Shown here: piece by piece, positions 28,441 to 42,700 of the stretch
How positions within the stretch are numbered: the first letter of the stretch is position 1
How the letters are laid out: each line of letters starts with the position of its first letter
From: Antedon mediterranea
Lineage: Eukaryota; Animalia; Echinodermata
Direction: 5' to 3'
NCBI RefSeq assembly: GCF_964355755.1
Contig: NC_092675.1
Span: 3,219,812 to 3,283,811 of the forward strand
DNA length: 64,000 nucleotides
The notes under the pieces: generated by a model
What the model was told of the DNA's origin: nothing
The model's database searches: none
The model's input: the letters and a program-made list of their open reading frames with translations, nothing else
Program-made: the position numbers and the translations under genes

Positions 28441-28980
28441 TAAACGTTATTACTGACAGTTGCTTCTCAACGTTTGTATTAATTAATAATTTAAAAATAT
28501 ATAAACGTCGTAGTGGTGTATCGTTACATGTACTTTACTATTTCAATCGACTATGACAGTGAGAGTTTTAACAAAGTACCGTATTAAATCGTAAATGTTT
28601 TACTGTATTTAGTGGTATATTATTTATAGGCCTATAAAACATTAAAAACAATATTTCGTTACTGAGTGGATAAGAATATATTTTAAAATGTTTCCTCTTT
28701 GTACCTATCTTCTTCCCTCATCCCTCAACCCTTAATGTTACATACAAAACACAAATTGGGTTTGTTTAAATGAGTCCAAATAAAAAAATTTGACTCATTT
28801 TGTTTCTCTCTCGGAAGTAATTCCCAGGGTGCTAATTTTGGTTGACTACATAAATCATTGTGTATATTTTTCGTTTCTGTAAATGACAATGTATTATAGT
28901 CCTGCGGTACGTACATTTGAAATCTCCATTTCTTTCTCGCTGGAAATACTGTGTATTCGAGAACCATCTGTGGGCACGAC

Positions 28981-29017
28981 CTAGATGGTACGCGAGCGAA
29001 GCGAGCGTGCCATCTAG
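28981..29017 (+). mobile_element. Helitron-like 3' terminus (hairpin ending in CTAG)
   Basis: 13-bp stem CTAGATGGTACGC/GCGTGCCATCTAG around the GCGAGCGAAGCGAGC motif, ending CTAG|T. The 5' end was not identified. Confidence 0.55.
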
Positions 29018-31838
29018 TAGTATAAATTAAAGCAAAATGATTGCTACATCTGTCAAACATGGCGGCAATATGGTTTCCATTTCTTGAACAAGTAATAAAT
29101 ATTTGTTTTATTTTAATCACTATTCCACTAATAATCAGCTTTGTCAATTTAACAATTTAGAATTTAATAAGTAATAACTTATATTAATAAATACAAGAAC
29201 TATTTTCCTAGAAGCGGATTCAACCGCGAGTCAAGTATAATGCAATATAAAATAGTATAAAATCGTTGACGTTTGTCGTGAACTCTTCTATATATAGAAA
29301 CATTCTTTTAAATTTTTGTTTGACTTTCAGCGTTAGATTGTATTATAATTAGTAACGTATCATGGCAGATTCATAATACAGAGTATCACATGTGAGATGT
29401 GTATCAAACACTAAAGCCTAACTTAACCATTCCATAACATTAAGATAATGTTATATGTGGAGATACACTACATAAAATCGTGAGTTAGGCCTACAATGAC
29501 GTAGGCCTAAATAAATAACAAGAAGTCGATTGTGTTTCGAATGAATTGAATGGTCATTTCATTGCAGGGTCAGTTGACACGTATCTACTAGGCTGCTGTG
29601 ATGCTACAATGCATGTTAAAAATCAATGGTAAATTCAATGAGTCGGTTAAAATAAAAAACAAATAGTCCTGACAATTGTATTATTGACTGGTTTGTTTTT
29701 ACATGGTCACACTTCGAGGCTAACGGAGTTGACTGTATTGTGTCAAAGCTACACTGCCAAGCTAACAGAATACCAACGAGTACGATACCACTATCCAAGC
29801 AAGATAGAATAATCTTAAAACTCTCGTATAATAATATTAGGCCTACAGAATAACGTTATTGTGTTTTCGACACGGGATAAGTACCGTATATTCACGGTTT
29901 GTCTATCAGGTTTACGGTTTACGGTCAGGATTTCTGTTACCTCGTGGAACATCCCAAATAGGCCTAACACACTTGTAGGCCTATATATAAGGTATACTTT
30001 TTATCGTCTTCTTGATGAAAAAAAAATCCTTTCAGTAATAATGTAAATAACCGTATGCCACAAACGTAACTCGTTTTCTGTTCGTTTCCTTTTACGTGCA
30101 GCTGTCCCTCAATTTTCAGTAAGATTAGCAGTTTTTCATTAAATTGAGTCAAAATAATAAATTATACGTGTTAAGCAAACGATAATGCAATCACATCGAC
30201 TGATCAATGATAAGAATAATGTTGATAACAAAATACAATCTTTAAAAATGTTAAGTTTAATATATTCTTGTACAATCATTGTTTTCGTATGTTATAAGAT
30301 TCATTTACACTATAACAAATGTAGTTTAGTCAACACAATTACTTTATGTTATAAAGTAAAGCAAACTACTTTAGAAACTGAAACGTTCGGCCAAAAGGCA
30401 TTCGCAATTTTTAAAATTTAAAATGATGTTCCTATTAGGAAAGTGTACATACACATTAATATGAAAATATACGCGCGCGTGTAAGCTTAATTTGAGGTAG
30501 ATTGGGTTACTAACGAGGTGCCTTGCTGGACCAGACAGGCTAGACCTTGTGGAAATATTGGTCTTGATTTTTATCGTGACGGTTGCCTTTATTCAGTCCA
30601 TATGTAAACAAAGAAAACAATCCACAATTAATTAAGCCTTGATTAACCATGACTTTGAATTCAGTTGAATGTGATTAAACCGCAAAATACGTTACTGATT
30701 GGTGAAACTACGCGTAAATTAAGTATGTACTTGTATCTAGACATCATAATTTTATCATATGCGGCAACGTCAAATGGTGGATATTTCAGAAAAATAAATT
30801 ATGATTTGGCCTAACTTTAAACTGTATTATTCGAATTTATTCTCTTTAGTAAAAGATAAATATTGGATTCGATCAGCTACCTGAAACGTTGTTATAGGCC
30901 TTATAGCACTGGGTACAATAAGACTTACCGTAGGCCCTGGCTGTTATAATTTCGACATCAAACATTTAAAAAAGATGGCCTACAAATGTTTACAGTACTG
31001 TATTTAAAACCACTGGCGTATGCTGTTTTAATTTCATAAACATTCCATATTTACTAGTGTAAGGAATGTCCTTTAGTCCTGTTCGAAAATTATCTCCGCA
31101 AACGGCTGTGGTGTGCCATTAACCAATACAAGGTGGTGAAAAATATGATTTAAAAATAGGGCCTAAAGATTGCTTCGATGGGCAAAATATATAATTTCAT
31201 CAATCATAACATCTTCTTCCCAATGGCGTTATTTTGAATACTTTTTAGAGTACTTGCCGATGGGAAGGTTTATATAGTCAAGTTTGTTGGAATAATTGAC
31301 AAATTCTGGACTCTAATTACACGAAATTGTCAATTTTTAGTTAGGCGAAACAGTTGCATTATTTTTATTTCAATTGGATCGCGTCACGGAAATGATTTTT
31401 GACGCGGTTGGGTGTAGAGTGAGGTTAGTATCTGAGTTGACAGAGCCTAGCCCAAGGCTCGGTAAAATACATTCTTACAGGGCTGAGCGAGCGGGGTTCA
31501 GCACCGGTGTCTTTGGACAAGCACGTATTGAGCGTGTGCTGTATGACAAGGTGCTTAGTGGGCCTCATCATCTCTCAAATCAGAACCACCAGTATCTACG
31601 CTAAGGTGTTCTTGTCTGGGAGGCGTGTGCAAAATGGAAGATTGACCGAGTTAGCAAAATAAATACAATTTACTAATTAGCAGACTGAAGCAGATGTGTT
31701 GTGACGTGTTATCTTTTCGTGCTGTCACGTTCAGAACCAAAAAAAAAAAGAAAATTTGTGAACAAATGCACTTTGAAACAGTACCTAAATAAGGAATGGT
31801 CAAAAAAAAAAAGATACGCAGTTGAGTACGATATTCTA

Positions 31839-32073
31839 AGCTTGGTTTCCGCTTAAACGCAAAAGCAGAACACAAAAACAAACACGATGCAAAAACAAAG
31901 GAAGTGGACAGCTGAGGAGAAGCAAGAGCAGTACAATCACCACTATCACCGGGAATGGTGTTCCCCCTCGACAAGTTGACCAATCACAAGCGACAGTTCG
32001 GAGGATCCATCGCGTCGTGATTGGTCAAATTACTTGCGACGCACTTGCGTTGCGTCCAAGTGGGAACACATCT
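31839..32073. mobile_element. Degenerate Harbinger-like MITE (family of 39553-39731)
   Basis: Ends AGCTTGGTTTCCGCTT ... AAGTGGGAACACATCT. It shares internal CCAATCACAAGCGA and GTGATTGGTCAA..TACTTGCG..TTGCGT with the 39.5-kb copies. Confidence 0.65.
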
Positions 32074-34370
32074 TCTATTAGGTTGTGAAATAATGTATTG
32101 ATGATCTCAGGTCACACTGTGATTCTAAACCATTGCTAGATATATTTTATTTTTAAACTTATGTAATTGCGGATATAATTTTTTTTTAAAGTAAAATTTT
32201 GACGTAACCTGGATTGACAATTGCAGCTGGACGAATTCGGTTTCCATGGCTTTAAAAGTTATATTCGTATTGTATACATTTTATTTAATTACGGATTTAA
32301 AGAAATAAAGAACAAAAATACAACTAAGTTCAAGCTATAATATTAATGTAAACACGTCTTATTTACCTAAAGGAAACGTGTTGGCAGAATCTCCAAATAT
32401 TTGAAAAACGAATGTAGGTCGACTTAAAGTTCATCTTGCTTTTTTCATAGAATATTTATACATTAACTTATTGTACTAATGCTTCACAATAGCACTTGTA
32501 AAAACACTTTAAAATGCTTAGGCCGTAATGCCACGACCTTGGGAGTGGATGATGGTGGTATCTCAATACTAGAATCACGTTTTATGATCACACCCTAATA
32601 TTAATACAATAATTAAAAGTCACGCTGTACTCTGTAAGTGTAATCGCATAGTCCTGGATTAAAATCTTGATGCCCATAACAGTATCATTATTGTTTATTA
32701 TGGCCTATGCTACAGAGCGCCACTACAAGCGTCATTTAACTTTTTCCAACTTATTCAGCTAGGCCTACTTTATTTCTTGAAAATATGTTTACATCTTTTG
32801 TAGAATATACAGAGGTAGAAAAGTAATTTGTAGCAGCATAAAAGATGAAAAAAAAAGGAGAAAATTATCGCAAAATGGGGAAAAGAAAATATAAAAATAA
32901 ACCCTTTATGTTTTTTTTTTCTAAATCCTTTTTAGATAAAATCAGGTAAAATAATGACTGAAAGACTAAACATTACCAGTAAACGAATGAAATGGCTAAA
33001 ACATAGGTGAAATAAGTGTAAGCAAATAGTTACAGAATCTTATCGTCAGATGTAAAACAAAACTTACCTTTACCAACGGTACCATTACGAATTTTGGGGT
33101 AAAATGGTATGGTTTTAGAACGGTCAATCATCGATCAATTATTATTTAATGTAAATCGTATTACACTAAATTAAAGTGACGTAAATTGATTAGGCCTATA
33201 TCAAAAATAACAAATCCAATCATCAACATTGTATCAAATAGCCTACTAGTCTCAATGTAATATATAGGAATGTACAAAAATATCGCAAACTATTTCTATC
33301 ACAATAATCGGTTTTGTTAACTCAATATTTTGTATTTACTATTTTTTAATGATGGCCGTAGTTTGGAATTAACATTTTTGTAAACATTGTTCAATTGATT
33401 TATAAAAGCAGACACATTTTAACGTATTTAATTTAAAAAATCAATCTTATTTTACTGCACAGATTTAACATAATATCAAATAATTGAAAATTACAGATAT
33501 AAATATGCCTCACGCTGAGTCTATTTGCCTAGCTTTTTGTATTTGAAATGTACAGAGTTTGTATGTAATCACATGTAGAATAAGTCGACCTCCCACAAGC
33601 TAAAATATCAAATCATAAGGTCATATTGATATTATTAATCTGCTATTATTATCTTTTATTTTGTCTTATTAACTGTTGGTTGTATCTGGTTAATTACAAT
33701 TATTTAAACCTGTACGTCTTTTGGAAGTGTAGTATAGAAAAATATAAGAAAATTAAAATAAAAAAAGGATCGGTAAAAAGAAAGGACATTTTGAATTTAC
33801 AAAATTCATGTCATACCACTGATGGAGTTGATAAAATTGTAATGATAAAATACATTAGAAAATAATTAATATGTGATAATAATAATATGAAGATGTTATG
33901 ATGCTGAATGATATGTAAATGAAACTGGTGTTTACGTCAAAAAATCAATTATACAAAAACTGCAAGTTAAGGTGAAAGTTGTTGAACAAAACGAATTCAA
34001 CAAAGAAGAAACTTTGTTCACCCCGTATAATTCATTATTTTATAAAATATTTAAAACAAAATAAAAAGTGACTAGCTTTGTGTATTGGAATATATGAATA
34101 AATATTTTCTCATCCAACAATCTCTCTTTATTTTAATTAAATCTAAGTAATAAAAATAATTTATCTCATTGGAAACTACAAATTAAAGAAGCTGGAAAAG
34201 GAAACGTAGGAGGTGCGGCCTAATAAAAAAAATCGTGGTTCAAATCCAAATCTCATCACATTTGCTGCTGTTGTTAAACCATAACGGAAAAATTAGTACA
34301 AGTTATAAGGCTTATTTAGAACATAATTACCTGGCCACACAAGAAAATGTATGGGAAAGTTGGTACTAGT

Positions 34371-34524
34371 AAGGCCTAAAGTGGGTACAAGCTAGGCCTA
34401 AAGTGGGTACACGCTAGGCCTAAAGCGGGTACAAGTAAAGCCTAAAGTGGGTACAAGCTAGGCTTAAAGTAGGTACAAGCTAGGCCTAAAAGTGGGTACA
34501 AGCTAGGCCTAAAAGTGGGTACAA
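34371..34524. repeat. 22-23-bp minisatellite AGGCCTAAAGTGGGTACAAGCT, ~7 copies
   Basis: Directly visible. Confidence 0.9.
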
Positions 34525-37500
34525 CTATTATAGGCTAGGCCGATACATTCAGAATATAACCACCTATCAATTGGACAATGTATAAGTGAGCTAACCGTGT
34601 GGAAAAAGGTAGGTAACTGTGCGTTTTAATTTAAACACTGTTTTTAAAGTGTATTTCCTTTAAGTATTACATATTCTCTAAAGCATTACTATGTGTCTTT
34701 TATTATCGTTGGTGATTGGATGTCAATATAAATTACCACCGTTGTTATTGGATTAGCTTTATTCCTGATTAATCAGCAATAATTTTCACGTCTAATTTAA
34801 TATAATGTAATCCTCCACTTAGTACCATGTTCAATCAATACAACAAACGTGTAGGGCATATGCATTATCAAATTAAAAATCAAATTTAAATGAAAGATTA
34901 ATATTAATAATTGTTATATGAAGATTGATAATATTCCAGGTTTTGCTTGTGGACTACTTGGTGCATTAACTAGAACATATAAACAAGACATGTTTGAATT
35001 GAATTGAATTACCGTATGTTGTCTAATGTTGTTACGATATATAAAATAGTCCCCTAATATGAATATAGAAAACAGTTGAGATTGAATGCCCTAAATTAAT
35101 TCAATACTCATTCCTTTAACTGATAATCAAACGTGTATTGATTAAACAATAGACCCACAGACATGACCCTACCGTATTTCATATCTTAATTCCATTGTTC
35201 CTTCCTTGTGGAAGAATCGAACTAATAATCCTTGATTCAACAAATCCACAGCATTCTGTGCCAAAACATCAGTCCAATCAGAAGGTGGAAATAAGATGCA
35301 TGAAACCCACAATGATAAATGCGCATGCGCGGGTTTTTTTGTTGTAAAAGTGTACGGTAACATTCGACTAAAAATCGAATTGCGGAAGTACAGTACTGAA
35401 AACAATCTAGAGGGATCCTTACTGTAGCCCAAACAAACTAGTTTTTATTATGAAAGTATGATGGTACAGATGTGCCAAACTATTTAAAATTGTTCAAGAT
35501 CGTGTTGTTTTAACATTGATTTTAAACAAAATAGTATAGTATAGTATTTGTGGACGGTAGTGCACAAAGTATTGATATACCCATAATATTTTGAGTTTAA
35601 TGTAAAGTACATTTGTCTGGAGGATCAAACTTAAAGCCTTGGCTTAATGCGTTCTCCTCATACAATTATATTTATTAATTTATGTTCTGTATCATATTGT
35701 ATATTGTATTGTGTGAACCAATCAACTTGAAACTTGAACTTGTATAATAAGCATATAAGGTTTACCAAAAAAGACTGTATTTAATTTTAATATCTTGGTG
35801 TATATTCGTCATTTGGTAAACATAAGGTCTATGTACTTACTTGACTTATTTAGCAAGAATGACACTGGATAATCAAGTCACAGAAATACAAAGTGCGAAA
35901 CTTAAACATTGGAAAGAATTATCAATGAACTGTTAGCAACACTTAAATCGAGTACTACTAATGTAGTCGTACGGTAGTTACTGCCGCTGGCCAACCTTTG
36001 AACGCCAGTGCCTGGATATATAGCGTTATAACAATTATTAAAAAAAATTAAAACAACAATTATGATTTGAGTTACTGGAGCAGATACAAAAGCAATATGA
36101 TAATAGACAGCTGAACATCTACCATAATGGTCCTATTGAAGAATTTCATATATCTTTTTAAAAAACAAACAATTAAAACAAATTGTAACTAATTTCATCA
36201 ATAAAAGTCTTTTCTACCCATCGCGTAATGAAAAAAATCGTTTTATTTTGCATTGACCACACTGGAATCTCAATAAAAAAAGCAATAACATTCAAGAACG
36301 AAGTAAAAACGGTTTTCGCATAAGAGGTCGTCACTTTCCATCAATACTATAGTCAGAAACGAGTTTACATTCCACTGAGTTTAGTAACACGTAAATACGA
36401 TAGTGTGAAATACTTGATGTAAAGTTTGAAAACTTCCAAACGACATTTTAAACTAATAGAAATGATACAACGAAATATTATAGATGTTTAAGATGGAATA
36501 GTTTAGGTCTACTACATTCAATTTAGGAAGTAAAATTCTAAGCAATTTTTTCATATATACCTGAAAAAATGAACTTTCTTTTAGTTTATACATGCCATGA
36601 TTGCCTAAAGAACTTTCTAATATCTGCTTCTGTTACCAAAGAAAAGTGCGAGGCATAATATTGAATGTGTGGTCGTATGCCGTCACGACAAGCTCTAGCA
36701 ATGGTATCTTGTAGAGAAACCAACACGGTAAAGGTAAAAATTACCATATGATTGTTTGTAAAGCGACATCTCCTGCCGGGAGAAACTTCACTTTCGCTGG
36801 CTGAGTTTTTTCCCCAAGCACGCATAGCTTAGGCCTCATAGATGTGTTTGTGTATTTGATATTGTTAGCAATGGACTGTTTTACTTTACCCCCAACTTCG
36901 ATGCTCAAAATGTTCCGAAAGTTTATAGAAACATTCTTTTCATCTGAAATAACAAATCGGGTTCTTCTGATAAAATCAGATTGTGTGGTCCCGGAAGAAA
37001 AACAGAGAAGACACGAGTTGTATAAAAGAGATGAGCATATCAATTGGCATATTATATTAAGGTTCTTAATCTAGAAATACGCAACTCAAACAACTTTATT
37101 TTAAAATCCAAATCACAAAATTAAGACACCGGAGGTTATCAATAGTTTATATTTATTATTAATAATCACAAAACTTTTCTGGTAAAAAATGGTAGCAGAA
37201 AATTCAATAGAGTTAATGCAGTATTGGAAGTAATGCTAATGTTGCTAATGTATTTTTATAAATTTTGTTATTTGTTTTTTCAAAAATGTCTTTTAAAATG
37301 TATAATCTAATCTAAATTTAGAATCTAGCATACATTACGTGATATAACTATAGCTAGCCATAGCTAGTTTTTATAAAATTAAAAACAAATCATTTTCCTT
37401 TCTTTTATTTTAGGGAATCTGTAAGGAACATTAATTGTTTTCCTCTTATTCATAAGAGCACAACAATAATAACAGTTAACAATCATTCATGTGCATATAA

Positions 37501-38804
37501 TCATTGGTAAATAATAAACTGTTCATATTATTCCCCCTAGTAACAGGTCTAGTGTTGCGGATTAATGTGTGCCCGAAGTGTATTGCGTAATTTAATGGTC
37601 TCAACGCTACCATAGAAACAATCAATTTACAATGCATCATAGGCTTGAGGCAGCGGGTTTAACCCGTCGTACTCTCTAGGTTTCACATCATCATCTAGGC
37701 CTAGCTGAAGCCACCGGAGGCAAGGGCTCCGGTAATGGTATTAATTAACACGAGTACACGTTCAGAAGCTCAGATTAATTACATTTGTGTCCCTCAATTT
37801 TCAAGTTGATTACCATTTTAACACTAGTTAGTTTTTAAAGTATTTGATTGACAAGGTATTGGTGTTGAAGCCATTCTTGTTTAATTATCGTAACAGTATG
37901 CTTACTGGTTCCGATTAAGAATCTTCAACTAATATTAGCTCAAGACTATCGTTTCTGTAGATAATCACGGATTCAATAACTAGTGATTTTATCTTCCGAG
38001 AATGTCATTTCCGACGTAACCGAGCCGAAAAGATGTGACCCAACGCACGGTAAGTTTTGTTATTTCTGACAATACTTTAAATTGGAAATTCACACTGTCT
38101 CAGATCATAGAAAGTGATATCTCTCATAGACCTTCTACTGCCAAGACTATAATATTAGAAATTATTAAATAATAAAGAATAAAGACAGATAAAAGAATTA
38201 TATTTATGTGCTATCCAGATTAAATAGATAAACAAGATTGGGAAAAGGGTAATTAGGTCCATTTATTATATTTTAATAATACAGTATATGGTAAGAATAA
38301 AACAAATATATTTGAAGAAAAAAAAAATGATCAGGGATTATCTAGAGGTCGATAGTAACTTTGGGATCAGTTGTTTCAACAATGGTGGCGGAACGATATT
38401 CCTTAAGATTGTTACTGTTGAATGATACTTAAATCCTAAAATGTTTTCACTGATATTCGTACTATCCTGCTTACAGTCGAACGTATTTTAGGAAACTTTG
38501 TAATTTGTGAGCCTTACTCCCATTAGTACGAATTGTAATCGCCAATAACTTACATAAATGGCGTTCCATAGTAATCTCCAATTATTTAGATATACTTATG
38601 ATAATGATATGATAAAGGTAACTATAGTTTACTTAATTTATTTCGATATAAAAATATAATACAAAACGCATCTAAAGCTAAAAGCATTGTATGTAGTCCT
38701 ACAAACTAAAAACATTATGGGCAGCAAACACAAGGAAAAACAATACAATAGTAAGCAATAACAACCACCATATAAAAACACCATTAAAAATAATAATGAT
38801 ATTA

Positions 38805-39104
38805 GCGATGTTGACAATGGCGATGTCGATAATGACGATGTCGACAATGGCGATGTCGACAATGGCCATGTCGACAATGGCCATGTCGACAATGGCCATG
38901 TCGACATTGGCTATGTCGACAATGGCCATGTCGACAATGGCCATGTCGACAATGGCCATGTCGACATTGGCTATGTCGACAATGGCCATGTCGACATTGG
39001 CTATGTCGACAATGGCTATGTCGACATTGGCTATGTCGACATTGGCTATGTCGACATTGGCTATGTCGACAATGGCCATGTCGACATTGGCTATGTCGAC
39101 GATG
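38805..39104. repeat. 15-bp minisatellite GCCATGTCGACAATG, ~20 copies
   Basis: Directly visible. It accounts for the repetitive ORFs (AMSTM/IVDMA/HCRHG) in several frames. Confidence 0.95.
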
Positions 39105-39432
39105 ATGAAACAAAATTCACAACATTTACCCATTTATGTTCAGTTGACCTACCTTTGAAATAAAATTCAATCCATAAATTTAATATCATAATAGAATATA
39201 TGACATTTAAAAATGTTTATTAAAAGAATAGATCATGCTAATATAAATGCGTTCATTTCGTTGCACACTGTAAATCTTTATTAAATATACTATATATAAA
39301 AATAAATCAGTATTTATATCGATATGAAATCGATATGAAATCGATATCATAAGCCTATATAAGGCATACTGTAAATTTGTAATAAAATACCAAACATTTA
39401 AACAAAATAATTTAAAATACGTTTAGTGCAAT

Positions 39433-39749
39433 GGTTTAAGAGAGACGGAACGCATGGACGTAGACGCAGTTGGCCAATGACAAGCGAATAATCCATCACT
39501 TGTGATTGGTCAAATCACTACGTTGCGTTACGTTCTTGTGTTGCGTCTCTAAAGCTTGGTTCCCACTAGAACGTAACGCAAGGACGTAAACGCAACGCAA
39601 GCGTTTTAACCAATGACAAGCGAAGTTATAGACAGTTAGCAATCACAAGTGAATAAGCCATCGCTTGTGATTGGTCAATTCACTTGCGTTGCGTTACGTC
39701 CTTGTGTTGCGTCGCTAGTGGGAACCACGCTTAAGAGGGAACCAAACAT
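39433..39749. mobile_element. Older Harbinger-like MITE copy hosting the 39553-39731 insertion
   Basis: 39447-39549 parallels the inner element. Its 3' end (GAGGGAACCAAACAT) resumes at 39735 after the insertion. Confidence 0.6.
39553..39731. mobile_element. PIF/Harbinger-like MITE, 179 bp, TAA TSD
   Basis: TIRs AGCTTGGTTCCCACTAG / CTAGTGGGAACCACGCT (16/17). TAA at 39550-39552 and 39732-39734. Confidence 0.85.
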
Positions 39750-42700
39750 AAGAGGCAACACTTCGCGCACGCGCAATGCAAGTGATTTGACCAACCACAA
39801 TGTCGGCCCAGTTACCGTCACTTGACAGGGAACATATTGGAAATGTCTTGTTGTACGATTTGCAGTTTTTCATCTTGTTATTCAAACCTAAATAATTCTA
39901 CTGTAGCAACAAGATAAATTGTTGTTGATATACTTTTTTAATACATGATCCTTTTTTTAATGTTATGATAACTCCTCAATACTTTTTTGTTTACATCCGT
40001 TCAATATATGCATATGATATTTTGATTATATTTTTATTGCATGATGCTGTATAAGTTTAAATTCACATTCTATTGTGAGCCTAATTGCTGTTTTTTATAT
40101 TATTATCTTACCATTTTGTATTTATGCAGTTAACATATTGGATTTCGAACGGTATTGTTGGTTTTGATCACCACTCACAGTATAAGTAAACATGAGTTAT
40201 TTCAATACAACTTTATTGATCGTTCTCATAAAAATACTTAATTTTTTACTTAATTTATCAATAAAATATTCTTTGCGTTGATTTATGTCATTATTGAGCA
40301 ATAAAAAATTGCATTGTTCACTAAATAAACAGAAACCAGTGTTTATTTTGGTCTTAAAGTATACGGATTGTTACTAAAATATATGGATTTTTATAAAGAC
40401 TTCAATTCACCTAATTAGTATGATCGCTACTATTGTTTGCTTTATTGCTGGTAAGTTTCCTGAGCGTTTATTGACATTATTAAATTGGAGTTTCTAAACG
40501 AAACTCATGAATGCAAAATTAAAATAAATTTATACAAATAATTGTTATAACGTATATCAATAATATTTATTCCTGCATAAAACTTGAATATAGGCAAGCC
40601 TATATTACTAATACTGTATATATGCCTACACCACCTGGTAGTGGCTTCAAAATGGTCTATAAATTAAAATATATTCCTTTATAATAATAAATCTAAGTAT
40701 AATATAAAAGATCCCAGCCTAGGTCTACTGTTTTTGTAATGTTACTTGTTTTCCTTTGTATAAGGTAACAATATCACAAATGTGGATCAAAGAATACAAA
40801 ATAAATATTATCATAATAACTGCTTTTATTCCACCAATTTAGCAATGACATGAGAAAGAGTACACGCATAATAACACCAAAGGTCAACGTTTTCACGCAA
40901 CATATCTAGAACATCGCTCAATAAAGAATATTTAGTGTTAAAGGGTCGCTCCGACTTACGAAAGCAGACATTATGTTTAGGTTAGGCTACATTCGCTAGA
41001 TTGTATTCATATCAAAATTGTTAATAATCTTTATACTAACTGTGCTGATGCGCATTTACGTAAATTGCGCGCGCTGTCGTTTACATTTTCTCTACGCGCA
41101 ATATTTAGGTCATTGTGACGTGAAATGCCACTTTAATACATGTAATATTACAATCGAACTGACGCGGCATTTCCAGTTGACGTAACGCGGCTTCTAAGTC
41201 TGTCATCAATGAGATGTTACCCAAATCAATAGACCTCGTATGTTTCTTCAGACGGTTGTGTCATGATTATTGACAATGATAACTGTGGCCTTAATGTACT
41301 AAGGTGTGAATAAAACAATCACTATTTCATTTTGTTAAGTAAATAAGCACGCACTGTTTACTTTACATGCTTCAGTGCGCACGTATGAAATTGCGTTAAT
41401 GAAGCGTGCGCTATGAATGAGTCCAATGAACTTGACTAACATTTAGTCCTGCTTTTCATATACTTATAACCAGTAGGTGCCTACAACTAATAATATTATA
41501 TTGCTTAAATACTGTAGCGCATTTAAGCAGCTAACACCGGCGCTTATTAGTCTTTCCACGACAAGGAATGAGAGATGGACCAGAAACTAGGTAAGATACA
41601 CTAGGTTCTTAAAGTGCACACAAGCCTGTTGGAAAGGGAATAAATTGTATAGCTGTTTAATTAAATACAAGAAGCATGGAGGCCTGTATGTTTCACTAAA
41701 CAAGACGCTAAAATCAAACTAATAAAACACGATAATACAACATCGGGATAAAAATCTGGTAATCCGTTTTTCTAAACTCTGAATCTTGCCAAAAATCACT
41801 GAGACGGCGAACCTCGCTCATTGGTCTTCAGATTATACCACATACCTTAAATAACCATAGATATTAACATTGTGGCAATATATAATAATGCATATTTATG
41901 TGTTGCTAATTAAACAACTTATACATTTACTGTACTTTCATTACATCGTACACTCATTTGACAAAACGTGTGGTCACATTTGTCTGATTGCGCAAAGATA
42001 ACTTATTTGCAATAACAATACATCACGTTTTGAACTCCTGCTGAATTCTATCGACAGTGCATAATGTATGAGTTAATAACAATTTTTAGCTCATTAAAAA
42101 GTAAACTAGACCCTTTAGGCACATTTATCGACCCGAGACCAGCGTTCTTAAGCCACTGTGGGATACAAACGCATCAATTCTGCCCAACTGGTTTGCCCTT
42201 TTCCTGAGCCAACAGCCAATCTCAGCCCCTGCGAGGACTTGTTCGAAAACTAGATGATACAGTAAAAGAAAAGATATAAGAATCATTTGTATCAATTAGA
42301 GTAATTTGTCAGACATTGCATGAGACGGCGGGAGATGGTGTCGCTACTGACCCCACTTGCTACCATCCATCAGGCCTAGCAACGTGCAGTTGATTGTTGC
42401 TAGTTTGTAACTAACTAACGCTGCTGGATTTGGTTCATAATGTCAAGAGGAGAACGAAGACCAACTTAGACATCCCAGGCCGAGTGCTGGGTGATAAGTC
42501 TTGTCTATCAATTCCAAAACCCAATTTGTAATTTCATAGTTACTTTAAGTTCTATTTACCACACAATGGGAGTGATGGAAATTGCTGGGTTCCGAATTGT
42601 CATATCTGTTTGTGACAAGTAATAGTTAAATATTGTGGCAGCTGCATTTTGCATAATCAAAATTAAATATCATAGCACAGGTAAGCGACAATTTATAGTA

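Noticed and set aside
30492-30515. let-7-like seed TGAGGTAG
   Set aside because: There is no 3' similarity and no precursor hairpin.
31497-31524. Split RE1/REST-like site TTCAGCACC-N9-GGACAA
   Set aside because: The right half-site is imperfect, the spacing is non-canonical, and REST presence in this lineage is uncertain.
38638-39158. Four overlapping repetitive ORFs (AMSTM, IVDMA, HCRHG, PLSTW)
   Set aside because: They are a by-product of a stop-free 15-bp minisatellite, with no domain or splice support.
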